From contig CP086569.2 in assembly GCA_009914755.4 (NCBI GenBank), positions 30,112,001 to 30,176,000 of the forward strand: a stretch of 64,000 bases of DNA, written 5' to 3'. Positions 43,057-57,220 of this stretch are shown piece after piece. The notes beneath the pieces are model-generated. The model was not told the DNA's origin, ran no database searches, and saw only the letters and a program-made list of their open reading frames with translations. The position numbers and the translations under genes were made by a program. The DNA comes from the human T2T-CHM13v2.0 reference genome, Homo sapiens. Each line of letters begins with the position of its first letter. Position 1 is the first letter of the stretch.

Positions 43057-46000
43057 CATTGACTGGAAAGGCTGGGTGTCGAAAGGAATTGACTCCAATG
43101 GAATGGAATCGAATGGAATGGAAGTGAATAGAATCGAACTAAATCGAATGGAATGGAATTGATAGGAACGGAATGGAAAGGAATGCAATGATTTGGCATG
43201 GAATGGAATCGAATGGCATCGAATGGAATGGAATGGAATGCAATGGAATGGAATGTATTAGAATGTAATGAACTTTAATGGAATGTACTCGAATGGATTC
43301 CACTGGAATGGAATGTTCTGGAAGTGAATGGACTCCAATGGAATGGATTCCAAAGGAATGGAATCGTACGGAATGGAATCTAATGGAATGGAATTAAATG
43401 GAAATGAATCAAATTGAATAGCACGGAATTGAATTGAATGGAATGGAATGCAATGGAATCTAATGAAACGGAAAGGAAAGGAATGGAATGGAATGGAATG
43501 GGCTGGAATGGAAAGGAATCGAAACGAATGGAATGGAATCGAACTGAAGAGACTGGAATGGAATGCACTGGAATGGAAGGGAGTGTAATGGAAGGTTCTC
43601 GAAAAAAATGGAATCGAATGGAATGGAATTGAATGGAACGGAATAGAGTCGAATGGAATTGAATGGAATGGAATGGACTAGAGTGAAATGGAATCGAACC
43701 ACAAGGAATGGAGAGGAATAGAATGGTCTCGAATTGAATGGAATTGTATGGAATGGCATCAAACGGAATGGAATGGACAGCCACGGAATGGAATGCACTC
43801 GAATGCAATGGAGTCGAAACTAACGGACTGGAATAGAATGGACTCGACTGGTACGGACTCCAATGGAATGGAATCGAATGGAAGGGAATCGAACGGAATG
43901 GACTCGAAGGGAAAAGACTGCAATGGAAAGGTCTCGAATGGAATGGAAATTAATGGAATGGAATGGAATCGAATGAAATGGAGTCAAAAGGAATGGAATC
44001 GAATGGCAAGAAATCGAATGTAATGGAATCGCAAGGAATTGATGTGAACGGAACGGAATGGAATGGAATCCAAAGGAATGGAATAGAATGGAATGGAATC
44101 GAATGGAAAGGACTCGAATGGAAATCACTCGAATAGAATGCAATTTAATAAAATAGGATCAAATGTAATTGAATGGAATGGAAAGGAATCGAAACGAAAG
44201 GAATGGAGACAGATGGAATGGAATGGAACAGAGAGCAATGGTATAGAATGGAATGGAATCATCTGGAATGGAATTGAATGGAATGGAATAATATGAAATG
44301 GAATGGAATGGAATGCCCTTGAATTAAATGGACTGGACTCGAACAGAGTGGAATGGAAAGTGTTGAGATAGAATGGAATGGACTCCTTTGGAATGGTGTA
44401 GTATGCAATGCAATCGACTGGCAGGGAATCAAAAGGAATGTAATCGAATGGATTGGACTGGAATGCAATGGACTCGAATAGATTGGAAACGGAATGCAAA
44501 GGAATGGAATGGAATAGTATGGAATGGAATGGAAAGGAATGGAGTGGAATAGACTAGAGTGGAATGGAATGGACTGGAAAGCAATGGACTGGAATGGAAC
44601 TTTCTTGGATGGATTGGAATCAAACGGAATGGAATGCAATGCAATCAAATGGCATGGAATAAAATAGAATGAAAGAGAATCAAATGGAATTGAATCGAAT
44701 GGAATCGAATGGATTGGAAAGGAATAGAATGGAATGGAATGGAATTGACTCAAATGGAATGGACTAGAATGGAATGGATTCGAATGGAAGGCAAAGGAAT
44801 GGAATCTATTGGAATGGACTGTAATGGAATGGAATGGAAGGGATTGGAATGGACTCGAATGGAATGGACTGCAATAGAAAGGATTCGAATGGAATGAAAA
44901 AGAATTGAATGGAATAGAACAGAATGGAATCAAATCGAATGAAATGGAATGGAATAGAAAGGAATGGAATGAAATGGAATGGAAAGGATTCGAATGGAAT
45001 GCAATCGAATGGAATGGAATAAAATGGAAGAAAACTGGCAAGAAATGGAATCGAAATGAATGGAGTGTTATGGAACGGACTCAAAAGGAATTGAATGTAA
45101 TAGAATGGAGTGGAGTGGACTCGAATATAATGGACTGGAATGGAATGAAATCACATGGAATGGGAACGAATGGAATGGAATGGAAAGGAATGGAATCGAA
45201 TGGAAAGGAATCGAATGGAAGGGAATGAAATTGAATCAACACGAATGGAAGGGAATAGAATAGACTGTAATGGAATGGACTCGAATAGAATGGACACGAA
45301 TGCTCAAATTAAATGGACTCGAATGGAATGGAAACGAAAGGAATGTCATCGAATGGAATTGAATCGATTGGAATGAAATCGCATAGAATGCAGTGGAATC
45401 AAATGGAATTGAATCGAAAGGAAACAAGCGAATGGACTGAAATGAAATGGAATGGAATTGAATGGAAAGTAATGCAATGGAATAGAATGGAACGAAATTT
45501 CACGGAATGGAATCAAACTGAATGGAATCAAATCAATGGAATCAAATCAAATGGAATGGAAAGGAATTGAATGGAGTAGATGGGATTGGATGGGATTGGA
45601 ATGAAATGTACTGGAAAGGACTCGAATTTCATGAAACGGAATGGAATGAATTGGAACGGAATGGACTCGAATGGAATGGAATGTCATGGGATGGCATCAA
45701 ATGGAATGGCATCAAATGGAATGGAATCGAATGCAATGGAATGCTATGGAATGGAATGGAATGCATTGGAATGGAATGTCCTCTAATGGAATGGATTCGA
45801 GTGGAATGGAATTGAATATAATGGAGTCGAATGAAATGGAATTGAAAGGAATGGGATCGAATACAATGGAATATACTGGAATGTAACGTAATGAACTCGA
45901 ATGTAATTGACTGGAATGGAATGTACATGAATGGAATGTAATCGAATGGAAAGTAATCCAATGGAATAGAATCTAATGCAATAAAATCGACTCAGATAGA

Positions 46001-46594
46001 GTAGAATGTAATGGAATGGAGTGCAGTGCAATGGAATGGAATGGAATGGAATGCAATGGAATGGAATGGAATGGAATGCAATGGAATGGAATGGAATGGA
46101 ATGGAATGTGATGGAATGGTATGGAATGGATAGTAATGGACTGGAGTGAAATGGACTGGAAAGGAATGGACTCAAATTGAAAGGGCTCGAAAGGAATGGA
46201 GTCAAATGGAATGGTCTGGAATGGAATGAACACGAATGTAATGCAACCCAATAGAATGGAATCGAATGGCATGGAATATAAAGAAATGGAATCGAAGAGA
46301 ATGGAAACAAATGGAATGGAATTGAATGGAATGGAATTGAATGGAATGGGAAGGAATGGAGTGAAATTGTATGCAGTAGAAGAGAATAGAATGGAATGCA
46401 AGCGAAAGGAAAGGAATGGATTGCAATGGAATGGAATTCATTGGAATGGAAGGGAATGTAGTGTAATGGACAGGCCTGGAATAAAGTGGAATGCTACGGT
46501 CTCGAATGGAATAAAAATGTATGGAATGGAATGCAATGAAACGGAATCGAATGTCATAGAATGTAATGGAATGCAAAAAAATGGAATCCAAAAT
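43057..46594 (+). repeat. HOR unit 13 (3538 bp); junction unit
   Basis: Anchor at 43057. The first ~1 kb matches unit 12 in register; the same variants appear at 43711 and 43744. From about 44.09 kb onward it matches unit 9 at a 14,240-bp offset. Confidence 0.9.
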
Positions 46595-49500
46595 CATTGA
46601 CTGGAAAGGCTGGGTGTCGAAAGGAATTGACTCCAATGGAATGGAATCGAATGGAATGGAAGTGAATAGAATCGAACTAAATCGAATGGAATGGAATTGA
46701 TAGGAACGGAATGGAAAGGAATGCAATGATTTGGCATGGAATGGAATCGAATGGCATCGAATGGAATGGAATGGAATGCAATGGAATGGAATGTATTAGA
46801 ATGTAATGAACTTTAATGGAATGTACTCGAATGGATTCGACTGGAATGGAATGTTCTGGAAGTGAATGGACTCCAATGGAATGGATTCAAAAGGAATGGA
46901 ATCGTACGGAATGGAATCTAATGGAATGGAATTAAATGGAAATGAATCAAATTGAATAGCACGGAATTGAATTGAATGGAATGGAATGCAATGGAATCTA
47001 ATGAAACGGAAAGGAAAGGAATGGAATGGAATGGAATGGACTGGAATGGAAAGGAATCGAAACGAATGGAATGGAATCGAACTGAAGAGACTGGAATGGA
47101 ATGCACTGGAATGGAAGGGAGTGTAATGGAAGGTTCTCGAAAAAAATGGAATCGAATGGAATGGAATTGAATGGAACGGAATAGAGTCGAATGGAATTGA
47201 ATGGAATGGAATGGACTAGAGTGAAATGGAATCGAACCACAAGGAATGGACAGGAATAGAATGGTCTCGAATTGAATGGAATCGTATGGAATGGCATCAA
47301 ACGGAATGGAATGGACAGCCACGGAATGGAATGCACTCGAATGCAATGGAGTCGAAACTAATGGACTGGAATAGAATGGACTCGACTGGTACGGACTCCA
47401 ATGGAATGGAATCGAATGGAAGGGAATCGAACGGAAGGGAATCGAATGGAATGGACTCGAAGGGAAAAGACTGCAATGGAAAGGTCTCGAATGGAATGGA
47501 AATTAATGGAATGGAATGGAATCGAATGAAATGGAGTCAAAAGGAATGGAATCGAATGGCAAGAAATCGAATGTAATGGAATCGCAAGGAATTGATGTGA
47601 ACGGAACGGAATGGAATGGAATCCAAAGGAATGGAATAGAATGGAATGGAATCGAATGGAAAGGACTCGAATGGAAATCACTCGAATAGAATGCAATTTA
47701 ATAAAATAGGATCAAATGTAATGGAATGGAATGGAAAGGAATCGAAACGAAAGGAATGGAGACAGATGGAATGGAATGGAAAAGAGAGCAATGGTATAGA
47801 ATGGAATGGAATCATCTGGAATGGAATTGAATGGAATGGAATAATATGAAATGGAATGGAATGGAATGGAATGGAATGAACTTGAATTAAATGGACTGGA
47901 ATGGAATGGACTCGAACAGAGTGGAATGGAAAGTGTTGAGATAGAATGGAATGGACTCCTTTGGAATGGTGTAGTATGCAATGCAATCGACTGGCAGGGA
48001 ATCAAAAGGAATGTAATCGAATGGATTGGACTGGAATGCAATGGACTCGAATAGATTGGAAACGGAATGCAAAGGAATGGAATGGAATACTATGGAATGG
48101 AATGGAAAGGAATGGAGTGGAATAGACTAGAGTGGAATGGAATGGACTGGAAAGCAATGGACTGGAATGGAACTTTCTTGAATGGACTGGAATCAAACGG
48201 AATGGAATGCAATGCAATCAAATGGCATGGAATAAAATAGAATGAAAGAGAATCAAATGGAATTGAATCGAATGGAATCGAATGGATTGGAAAGGAATAG
48301 AATGGAATGGAATGGAATTGACTCAAATGGAATGGACTAGAATGGAATGGATTCGAATGGAAGGCAAAGGAATGGAATCTATTGGAATGGACTGAAATGG
48401 AATGGAATGGAAGGGATTGGAATGGACTCGAATGGAATGGACTGCAATAGAAAGGATTCGAATGGAATGAAAAAGAATTGAATGGAATAGAACAGAATGG
48501 AATCAAATCGAATGAAATGGAACGGAATAGAAAGGAATGGAATGAAATGGAATGAAAAGGATTCCAATGCAATGCAATCGAATGGAATGGAATCGAACGG
48601 AATGGAATAAAATGGAAGAAAACTGGCAATAAATGGAATCGAAATGAATGGAGTGTTATGGAACGGACTCAAAAGGAATTGAATGTAATAGAATGGAGTG
48701 GAGTGGACTCGAATATAATGGACTGGAATGGAATGAAATCACATGGAATGGGAACGAATGGAATGGAATGGAAAGGAATGGAATCGAATGGAAAGGAATC
48801 GAATGGAAGGGAATGAAATTGAATCAACAGGAATGGAAGGGAATAGAATAGACGGTAATGGAATGGACTCGAATAGAATGGACACGAATGCTCAAATTGA
48901 ATGGACTCGAATGGAATGGAAACGAAAGGAATGTCATCGAATGGAATTGAATCGATTGGAATGAAATCGCATAGAATGGAGTGGAATCAAATGGAATTGA
49001 ATCGAAAGGAAAGGAAGCGAATGGACTGAAATGAAATGGAATGGAATTGAATGGAAAGTAATGCAATGGAATAGAATGGAACGAAATTTCACGGAATGGA
49101 ATCAAACTGAATGGAATCAAATCAATGGAATCAAATCAAATGGAATGGAAAGGAATTGAATGGAGTAGATGGGATTGGATGGGACTGGAATGAAATGTAC
49201 TGCAAAGGACTCGAATTTCATGAAACGGAATGGAATGAATTGGAACGGAATGGACTCGAATGGAATGGAATGTCATGGAATGGCATCAAATGGAATGGCA
49301 TCAAATGGAATGGAATCGAATGCAATGGAATGCTATGGAATGGAATGGAATGCATTGGAATGGAATGTCCTCTAATGGAATGGATTCGAGTGGAATGGAA
49401 TCGAATATAATGGAGTCGAATGAAATGGAATTGAAAGGAATGGGATCGAATACAATGGAATATACTGGAATGTAATGTAATGAACTCGAATGTAATTGAC

Positions 49501-50300
49501 TGGAATGGAATGTACATGAATGGAATGTAATCGAATGGAAAGTAATCCAATGGAATAGAATCTAATGCAATAAAATCGACTCAGATAGAGTAGAATGTAA
49601 TGGAATGGAGTGCAGTGCAATGGAATGGAATGGAATGGAATGCAATGGAATGGAATGGAATGGAATGGAATGGAATGGAATGGAATGGAATGGAATGGGA
49701 TGGAATGGTATGGAATGGATAGTAATGGACTGGAATGAAATGGACTGGAAAAGAATGGACTCAAATTGAAAGGGCTCGAAAGGAATGGAGTCAAATGGAA
49801 TGGTCTGGAATGGAATGAATACGAATGTAATGCAATCCAATACAATGGAATCGAATGGCATGGAATATAAAGAAATGGAATCTAAGAGAATGGAAACAAA
49901 TGGAATGGAATTGAATGGAATGGAATTGAATGGAATGGGAACGAATGGAGTGAAATTGTATGCAGTAGAAGAGAATAGAATGGAATGCAAGTGAAAGGAA
50001 AGGAATGGATTGCAATGGAATGGAATTCATTGGAATGGAAGGGAATGTAGTGTAATGGACAGGCCTGGAATAAAGTGGAATGCTACGGTCTCGAATGGAA
50101 TAAAAATGTATGGAATGGAATGCAATGAAAAGGAATCGAATGTCACAAAATGTAATGGAATGCAAAAAAATGGACTCCAAAATCATTGACTGGAAAGGCT
50201 GGGGTTCGAAAGGAATTGACTGCAATGGAATGGAATCGAATGGAATGGAAGTGAATAGAATCGAACTAAATCGAATGGAATGGAATTGATAGGAACGGAA
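44090..50300 (+). repeat. Intra-array segmental duplication, copy B (4 HOR units downstream of copy A)
   Basis: See copy A. The boundaries are approximate. The copies differ in a ~150 bp patch at about 33.57–33.72 kb vs 47.85–48.0 kb. Confidence 0.75.
46595..50183 (+). repeat. HOR unit 14 (3589 bp)
   Basis: Anchor at 46595. Confidence 0.9.
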
Positions 50301-53300
50301 TGGAAAGGAATGCAATGATTTGGCATGGAATGGAATCGAATGGCATCAAATGGAATGGAATGGAATGCAATGGAATGGAATGTATTAGAATGTAATGAAC
50401 ATTAATGGAATGTACTCGAATGGATTCGACTGGAATGGAATGTTCTGGAAGGGAATGGACTCCAATGGAATGGATTCGAAAGGAATGGAATCGAACGGAA
50501 TGGAATCTAATGGAATGGAATTAAATGGAAATGAATCAAATTGAATAGCACGGAATTGAATTGAATGGAATCGAATGCAATGGAATCTAATGAAACGGAA
50601 AGGAAAGAATGGAATGGAATAGAATGGGCTGGAATGGAAAGGAATCGAAACGAATGGAATGGAATCGAACTGAAGAGACTGGAATGGAATGCACTGGAAT
50701 GGAAGGGAGTGTAATGGAAGGTTCTCGAAAAAAATGGAATCGAATGGAATGGAATTGAATGGAACGGAATAGAGTCGCATGGAATTGAATGGAATGGAAT
50801 GGACTAGAGTGAAATGGAATCGAACGAAAAGGAATGGACAGGAATAGAATGGTCTCGAATTGAATGGAATCGTATGGAATGGCATCAAACGGAATGGAAT
50901 GGACAGCCACGGAATGGAATGCACTCGAATGCAATGGAGTCGAAACTAATGGACTGGAATAGAATGGACTCGACAGGTATGGACTCCAATGGAATGGAAT
51001 CGAATGGAAGGGAATCGAACGGAATGGACTCGAAGGGAAAAGACTGCAATGGAAAGGTCTCGAATGGAATGGAAATTAATGGAATGGAATGGAATCGAAT
51101 GAAATGGAGTCAAAAGGAATGGAATCGAATGGCAAGAAATCGAATGTAATGGAATCGCAAGGAATTGATGTGAACGGAACGGAATGGAATGGAATCCAAA
51201 GGAATGGAATAGAATGGAATGGAATCGAATGGAAAGGACTCGAATGGAAATCACTCGAATAGAATGCAATTTAATAAAATAGGATCAAATGTAATAGAAT
51301 GGAATGGAAAGGAATCGAAACGGAAGGAATGGAGACAGATGGAATGGAATGGAACAGAGAGCAATGGTATAGAATGGAATGGAATCATCTGGAATGGAAT
51401 TGAATGGAATGGAATAATATGAAATGGAATGGAATGGAATGGAATGGAATGCCCTTGAATTAAATGGACTGGACTCGAACAGAGTGGAATGGAAAGTGTT
51501 GAGATAGAATGGAATGGACTCCTTTGGAATGGTGTAGTATGCAATGCAATCGACTGGCAGGGAATCAAAAGGAATGTAATCGAATGGATTGGACTGGAAT
51601 GCAATGGACTCGAATAGATTGGAAACGGAATGCAAAGGAATGGAATGGAATAGTATGGAATGCAATGGAAGGGAATGGAGTGGATTAGACTAGAGTGGAA
51701 TGGAATGGACTGGAAAGCAATGGACTGGAATGGAACTTTCTTGGATGGACTGGAATCAAACGGAATGGAATGCAATGCAATCAAATGGCATGGAATAAAA
51801 TAGAATGAAAGAGAATCAAATGGAATTGAATCGAATGGAATCGAATGGATTGGAAAGGAATAGAATGGAATGGAATGGAATTGACTCAAATGGAATGGAC
51901 TAGAATGGAATGGATTCGAATGGAAGGCAAAGGAATGGAATCTATTGGAATGGACTGTAATGGAATGGAATGGAAGGGATTGGAATGGACTCGAATGGAA
52001 TGGACTGCAATAGAAAGGATTCGAATGGAATGAAAAAGAATTGAATGGAATAGAACAGAATGGAATCAAATCGAATGGAATGGAATGGAATAGAAAGGAA
52101 TGGAATGAAATGGAATGGAAAGGATTCGAATGGAATGCAATCGAATGGAATGGAATCGAACGGAATGGAATAAAATGGAAGAAAACTGGCAAGAAATGGA
52201 ATCGAAATGAATGGAGTGTTATGCAACGGACTCAAAAGGAATTGAATGTAATAGAATGGAGTGGAGTGGACTCGAATATAATGGACTGGAATGGAATGAA
52301 ATCACATGGAATGGGAACGAATGGAATGGAATGGAAAGGAATGGAATCGAATGGAAAGGAATCGAATGGAAGGGAATGAAATTGAATCAACAGGAATGGG
52401 AGGGAATAGAATAGACTGTAATGGAATGGACTCGAATAGAATGGACACGAATGCTCAAATTAAATGGACTCGAATGGAATGGAAACGAAAGGAATGTCAT
52501 CGAATGGAATTGAATCGATTGGAATGAAATCGCATAGAATGGAGTGGAATCAAATGGAATTGAATCGAAAGGAACGGAAGCGAATGGACTGAAATGAAAT
52601 GGAATGGAATTGAATGGAAAGTAATGCAATGGAATAGAATGGAACGAAATTTCACGGAATGGAATCAAACTGAATGGAATCAAATCAATGGAATCAAATC
52701 AAATGGAATGGAAAGGAATTGAATGGAGTAGATTGGATTGGATGGGATTGGAATGAAATGTACTGGAAAGGACTCGAATTTCATGAAACGGAATGGAATG
52801 AATTGGAACGGAATGGACTCGAATGGAATGGAATGTCATGGAATGGCATCAAATGGAATGGCATCAAATGGAATGGAATCGAATGCAATGGAATGCTATG
52901 GAATGGAATGGAATGCATTGGAATGGAATGTCCTCTAATGGAATGGATTCGAGTGGAATGGAATTGAATATAATGGAGTCGAATGAAATGGAATTGAAAG
53001 GAATGGGATCGAATACAATGGAATATACTGGAATGTAACGTAATGAACTCGAATGTAATTGACTGGAATGGAATGTACATGAATGGAATGTGATCGAATG
53101 GAAAGTAGTCCAATGGAATAGAATCTAATGCAATAAAATCGACTCAGATAGAGTAGAATGTAATGGAATGGAGTGCAGTGCAATGGAATGGAATGGAATG
53201 GAATGGAATGGAATGGGATGGAATGGTATGGAATGGATAGTAATGGACTGGAGTGAAATGGACTGGAAAGGAATGGACTCAAATTGAAAGGTCTCGAAAG

Positions 53301-53701
53301 GAATGGAGTCAAATGGAATGGTCTGGAATGGAATGAACACGAATGTAATGCAATCCAATAGAATGGAATCGAATGGCATGGAATATAAAGAAATGGAATC
53401 GAAGAGAATGGAAACAAATGGAATGAAATTGAATGGAACGGAATTGAATGGAATGTGAACGAATGGAGTGAAATTGTATGCAGTAGAAGAGAATAGAATG
53501 GAATGCAAGTGAAAGGAAAGGAATGGATTGGAATGGAATGGAATTCATTGGAATGGAAGGGAATGTAGTGTAATGGACAGGCCTGGAATAAAGTGGAATG
53601 CTACGGTCTCGAATGGAATAAAAATGTATGGAATGGAATGCAATGAAACGGAATCGAATGTCATAGAATGTAATGGAATGCAAAAAAATGGAATCCAAAA
53701 T
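50184..53701 (+). repeat. HOR unit 15 (3518 bp)
   Basis: Anchor at 50184. Has aacattaatgg near 50397. Its pure tract is the shortest, 35 bp. Confidence 0.9.
53187..53221 (+). repeat. Same tract, shortest allele (35 bp, no AATGC interruption)
   Basis: Unit 15 tract at 53187–53221. Unit 16 has an identical 35 bp tract at 56706–56740. Confidence 0.85.
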
Positions 53702-56700
53702 CATTGAATGGAAAGGCTGGGTGTCGAAAGGAATTGACTCCAATGGAATGGAATCGAATGGAATGGAAGTGAATAGAATCGAACTAAATCGAATGGAATG
53801 GAATTGATAGGAACGGAATGGAAAGGATTGCAATGATTTGGCATGGAATGGAATCGAATGGCATCGAATGGAATGGAATGGAATGCAATGGAATGGAATG
53901 TATTAGAATGTAATGAACTTTAATGGAATGTACTCGAATGGATTCGACTGGAATGGAATGTTCTGGAAGTGAATGGACTCCAATGGAATGGATTCAAAAG
54001 GAATGGAATCGTACGGAATGGAATCTAATGGAATGGAATTAAATGGAAATGAATCAAATTGAATAGCACGGAATTGAATTGAATGGAATCGAATGCAATG
54101 GAATCTAATGAAACGGAAAGGAAAGGAATGGAATGGAATGGAATGGACTGGAATGGAAAGGAATCGAAACGAATGCAATGGAATCGAACTGAAGAGACTG
54201 GAATGGAATGCACTGGAATGGAAGGGAGTGTAATGGAAGGTTCTCGAAAAAAATGGAATCGAATGGAATGCAATTGAATGGAACGGAATAGAGTCGAATG
54301 GAATTGAATGGAATGGAATGGACTAGAGTGAAATGGAATCGAACCACAAGGAATGGACAGGAATAGAATGGTCTCGAATTGAATGGAATCGTATGGAATG
54401 GCATCAAACGGAATGGAATGGACAGCCACGGAATGGAATGCACTCGAATGCAATGGAGTCGAAACTAATGGACTGGAATAGAATGGACTCGACTGGTACG
54501 GACTCCAATGGAATGGAATCGAATGGAAGGGAATCGAACGGAATGGACTCGAAGGGAAAAGACTGCAATGGAAAGGTCTCGAATGGAATGGAAATTAATG
54601 GAATGGAATGGAATCGAATGAAATGGAGTCAAAAGGAATGGAATCGAATGGCAAGAAATCGAATGTAATGGAATCGCAAGGAATTGATGTGAACGGAACG
54701 GAATGGAATGGAATCCAAAGGAATGGAATAGAATGGAATGGAATCGAATGGAAAGGACTCGAATGGAAATCACTCGAATAGAATGCAATTTAATAAAATA
54801 GGATCAAATGTAACAGAATGGAAAGGAAAGGAATCGAAACGGAAGGAATGGAGACAGTTGGAATGGAATGGAACAGAGAGCAATGGTATAGAATGGAATG
54901 GAATCATCTGGAATGGAATTGAATGGAATGGAATGATATGAAATGGAATGGAATGGAATGGAATGGAATGCCCTTGAATTAAATGGACTGGACTCGAACA
55001 GAGTGGAATGGAAAGTGTTGAGATAGAATGGAATGGACTCCTTTGGAATGGTGTAGTATGCAATGCAATCGACTGGCAGGGAATCAAAAGGAATGTAATC
55101 GAATGGATTGGACTGGAATGCAATGGACTCGAAAAGATTGGAAACGGAATGCAAAGGAATGGAATGGAATAGTATGGAATGCAATGGAAGGGAATGGAGT
55201 GGAATAGACTAGAGTGGAATGGAATGGACTGGAAAGCAATGGACTGGAATGGAACTTTCTTGGATGGACAGGAATCAAACGGAATGGAATGCAATGCAAT
55301 CAAATGGCATGGAATAAAATAGAATGAAAGAGAATCAAATGGAATTGAATCGAATGGAATCGAATGGATTGGAAAGGAATAGAATGGAATGGAATGGAAT
55401 TGACTCAAATGGAATGGACTAGAATGGAATGGATTCGAATGGAAGGCAAAGGAATGGAATCTATTGGAATGGACTGTAATGGAATGGAATGGAAGGGATT
55501 GCAATGGACTCGAATGGAATGGACTGCAATAGAAAGGATTCGAATGGAATGAAAAAGAATTGAATGGAATAGAACAGAATGGAATCAAATCGAATGAAAT
55601 GGAATGGAATAGAAAGGAATGGAATGAAATGGAATGGAAAGGATTCGAATGGAATGCAATCGAATGGAATGGAATCGAACGGAATGGAATAAAATGGAAG
55701 AAAACTGGCAAGAAATGGAATCGAAAGGAATGGAGTGTTATGGAACGGACTCAAAAGGAATTGAATGTAATAGAATGGAGTGGAGTGGACTCGAATATAA
55801 TGGACTGGAATGGAATGAAATCACATGGAATGGGAACGAATGGAATGGAATGGAAAGGAATGGAATCGAATGGAAAGGAATCGAATGGAAGGGAATGAAA
55901 TTGAATCAACAGGAATGGAAGGGAATAGAATAGACGGTAATGGAATGGACTCGAATAGAATGGACACGAATGCTGAAATTGAATGGACTCGAATGGAATG
56001 GAAACGAAAGGAATGTCATCGACTGGAATTGAATCGATTGGAATGAAATCGCATAGAATGGAGTGGAATCAAATGGAATTGAATCGAAAGGAAAGGAAGC
56101 GAATGGACTGAAATGAAATGGAATGGAATTGAATGGAAAGTAATGCGATGGAATAGAATGGAACGAAATTTCACGGAATGGAATCAAACTGAATGGAATC
56201 AAATCAATGGAATCAAATCAAATGGAATGGAAAGGAATTGAATGGAGTAGATGGGATTGGATGTGATTGGAATGAAATGTACTGGAAAGGACTCGAATTT
56301 CATGAAACGGAATGGAATGAATTGGAACGGAATGGACTCGAATGGAATGGAATGTCATGGAATGGCATCAAATGGAATGGCATCAAATGGAATGGAATCG
56401 AATGCAATGGAATGCTATGGAATGGAATGGAATGCATTGGAATGGAATGTCCTCTAATGGAATGGATTCGAGTGGAATGGAATTGAATATAATGGAGTCG
56501 AATGAAATGGAATTGAAAGGAATGGGATCGAATACAATGGAATATACTGGAATGTAACGTAATGAACTCGAATGTAATTGACTGGAATGGAATGTACATG
56601 AATGGAATGTGATCGAATGGAAAGTAGTCCAATGGAATAGAATCTAATGCAATAAAATCGACTCAGATAGAGTAGAATGTAATGGAATGGAGTGCAGTGC

Positions 56701-57220
56701 AATGGAATGGAATGGAATGGAATGGAATGGAATGGGATGGAATGGTATGGAATGGATAGTAATGGACTGGAGTGAAATGGACTGGAAAGGAATGGACTCA
56801 AATTGAAAGGTCTCGAAAGGAATGGAGTCAAATGGAATGGTCTGGAATGGAATGAACACGAATGTAATGCAATCCAATAGAATGGAAACGAATGGCATGG
56901 AATATAAAGAAATGGAATCGAAGAGAATGGAAACAAATGGAATGAAATTGAATGGAACGGAATTGAATGGAATGTGAACGAATGGAGTGAAATTGTATGC
57001 AGTAGAAGACAATAGAATGGAATGCAAGTGAAAGGAAAGGAATGGATTGGAATGGAATGGAATTCATTGGAATGGAAGGGAATGTAGTGTAATGGACAGG
57101 CCTGGAATAAAGTGGAATGCTACGGTCTCGAATGGAATAAAAATGTATGGAATGGAATGCAATGAAACGGAATCGAATGTCATAGAATGTAATGGAATGC
57201 AAAAAAATGGAATCCAAAAT
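53702..57220 (+). repeat. HOR unit 16 (3519 bp)
   Basis: Anchor is the variant cattgaatgg at 53702, shared with unit 17. Confidence 0.9.

Noticed and set aside
29850-50300. The 14.24 kb off-diagonal similarity was considered as a possible assembly artefact, i.e. a collapsed or duplicated contig
   Set aside because: The two copies are not identical. They differ in tract lengths (75 vs 80 bp) and in the 33.6 kb patch, and they are embedded in distinct flanking units. This favours a real, slightly aged duplication. It cannot be fully excluded without reads.
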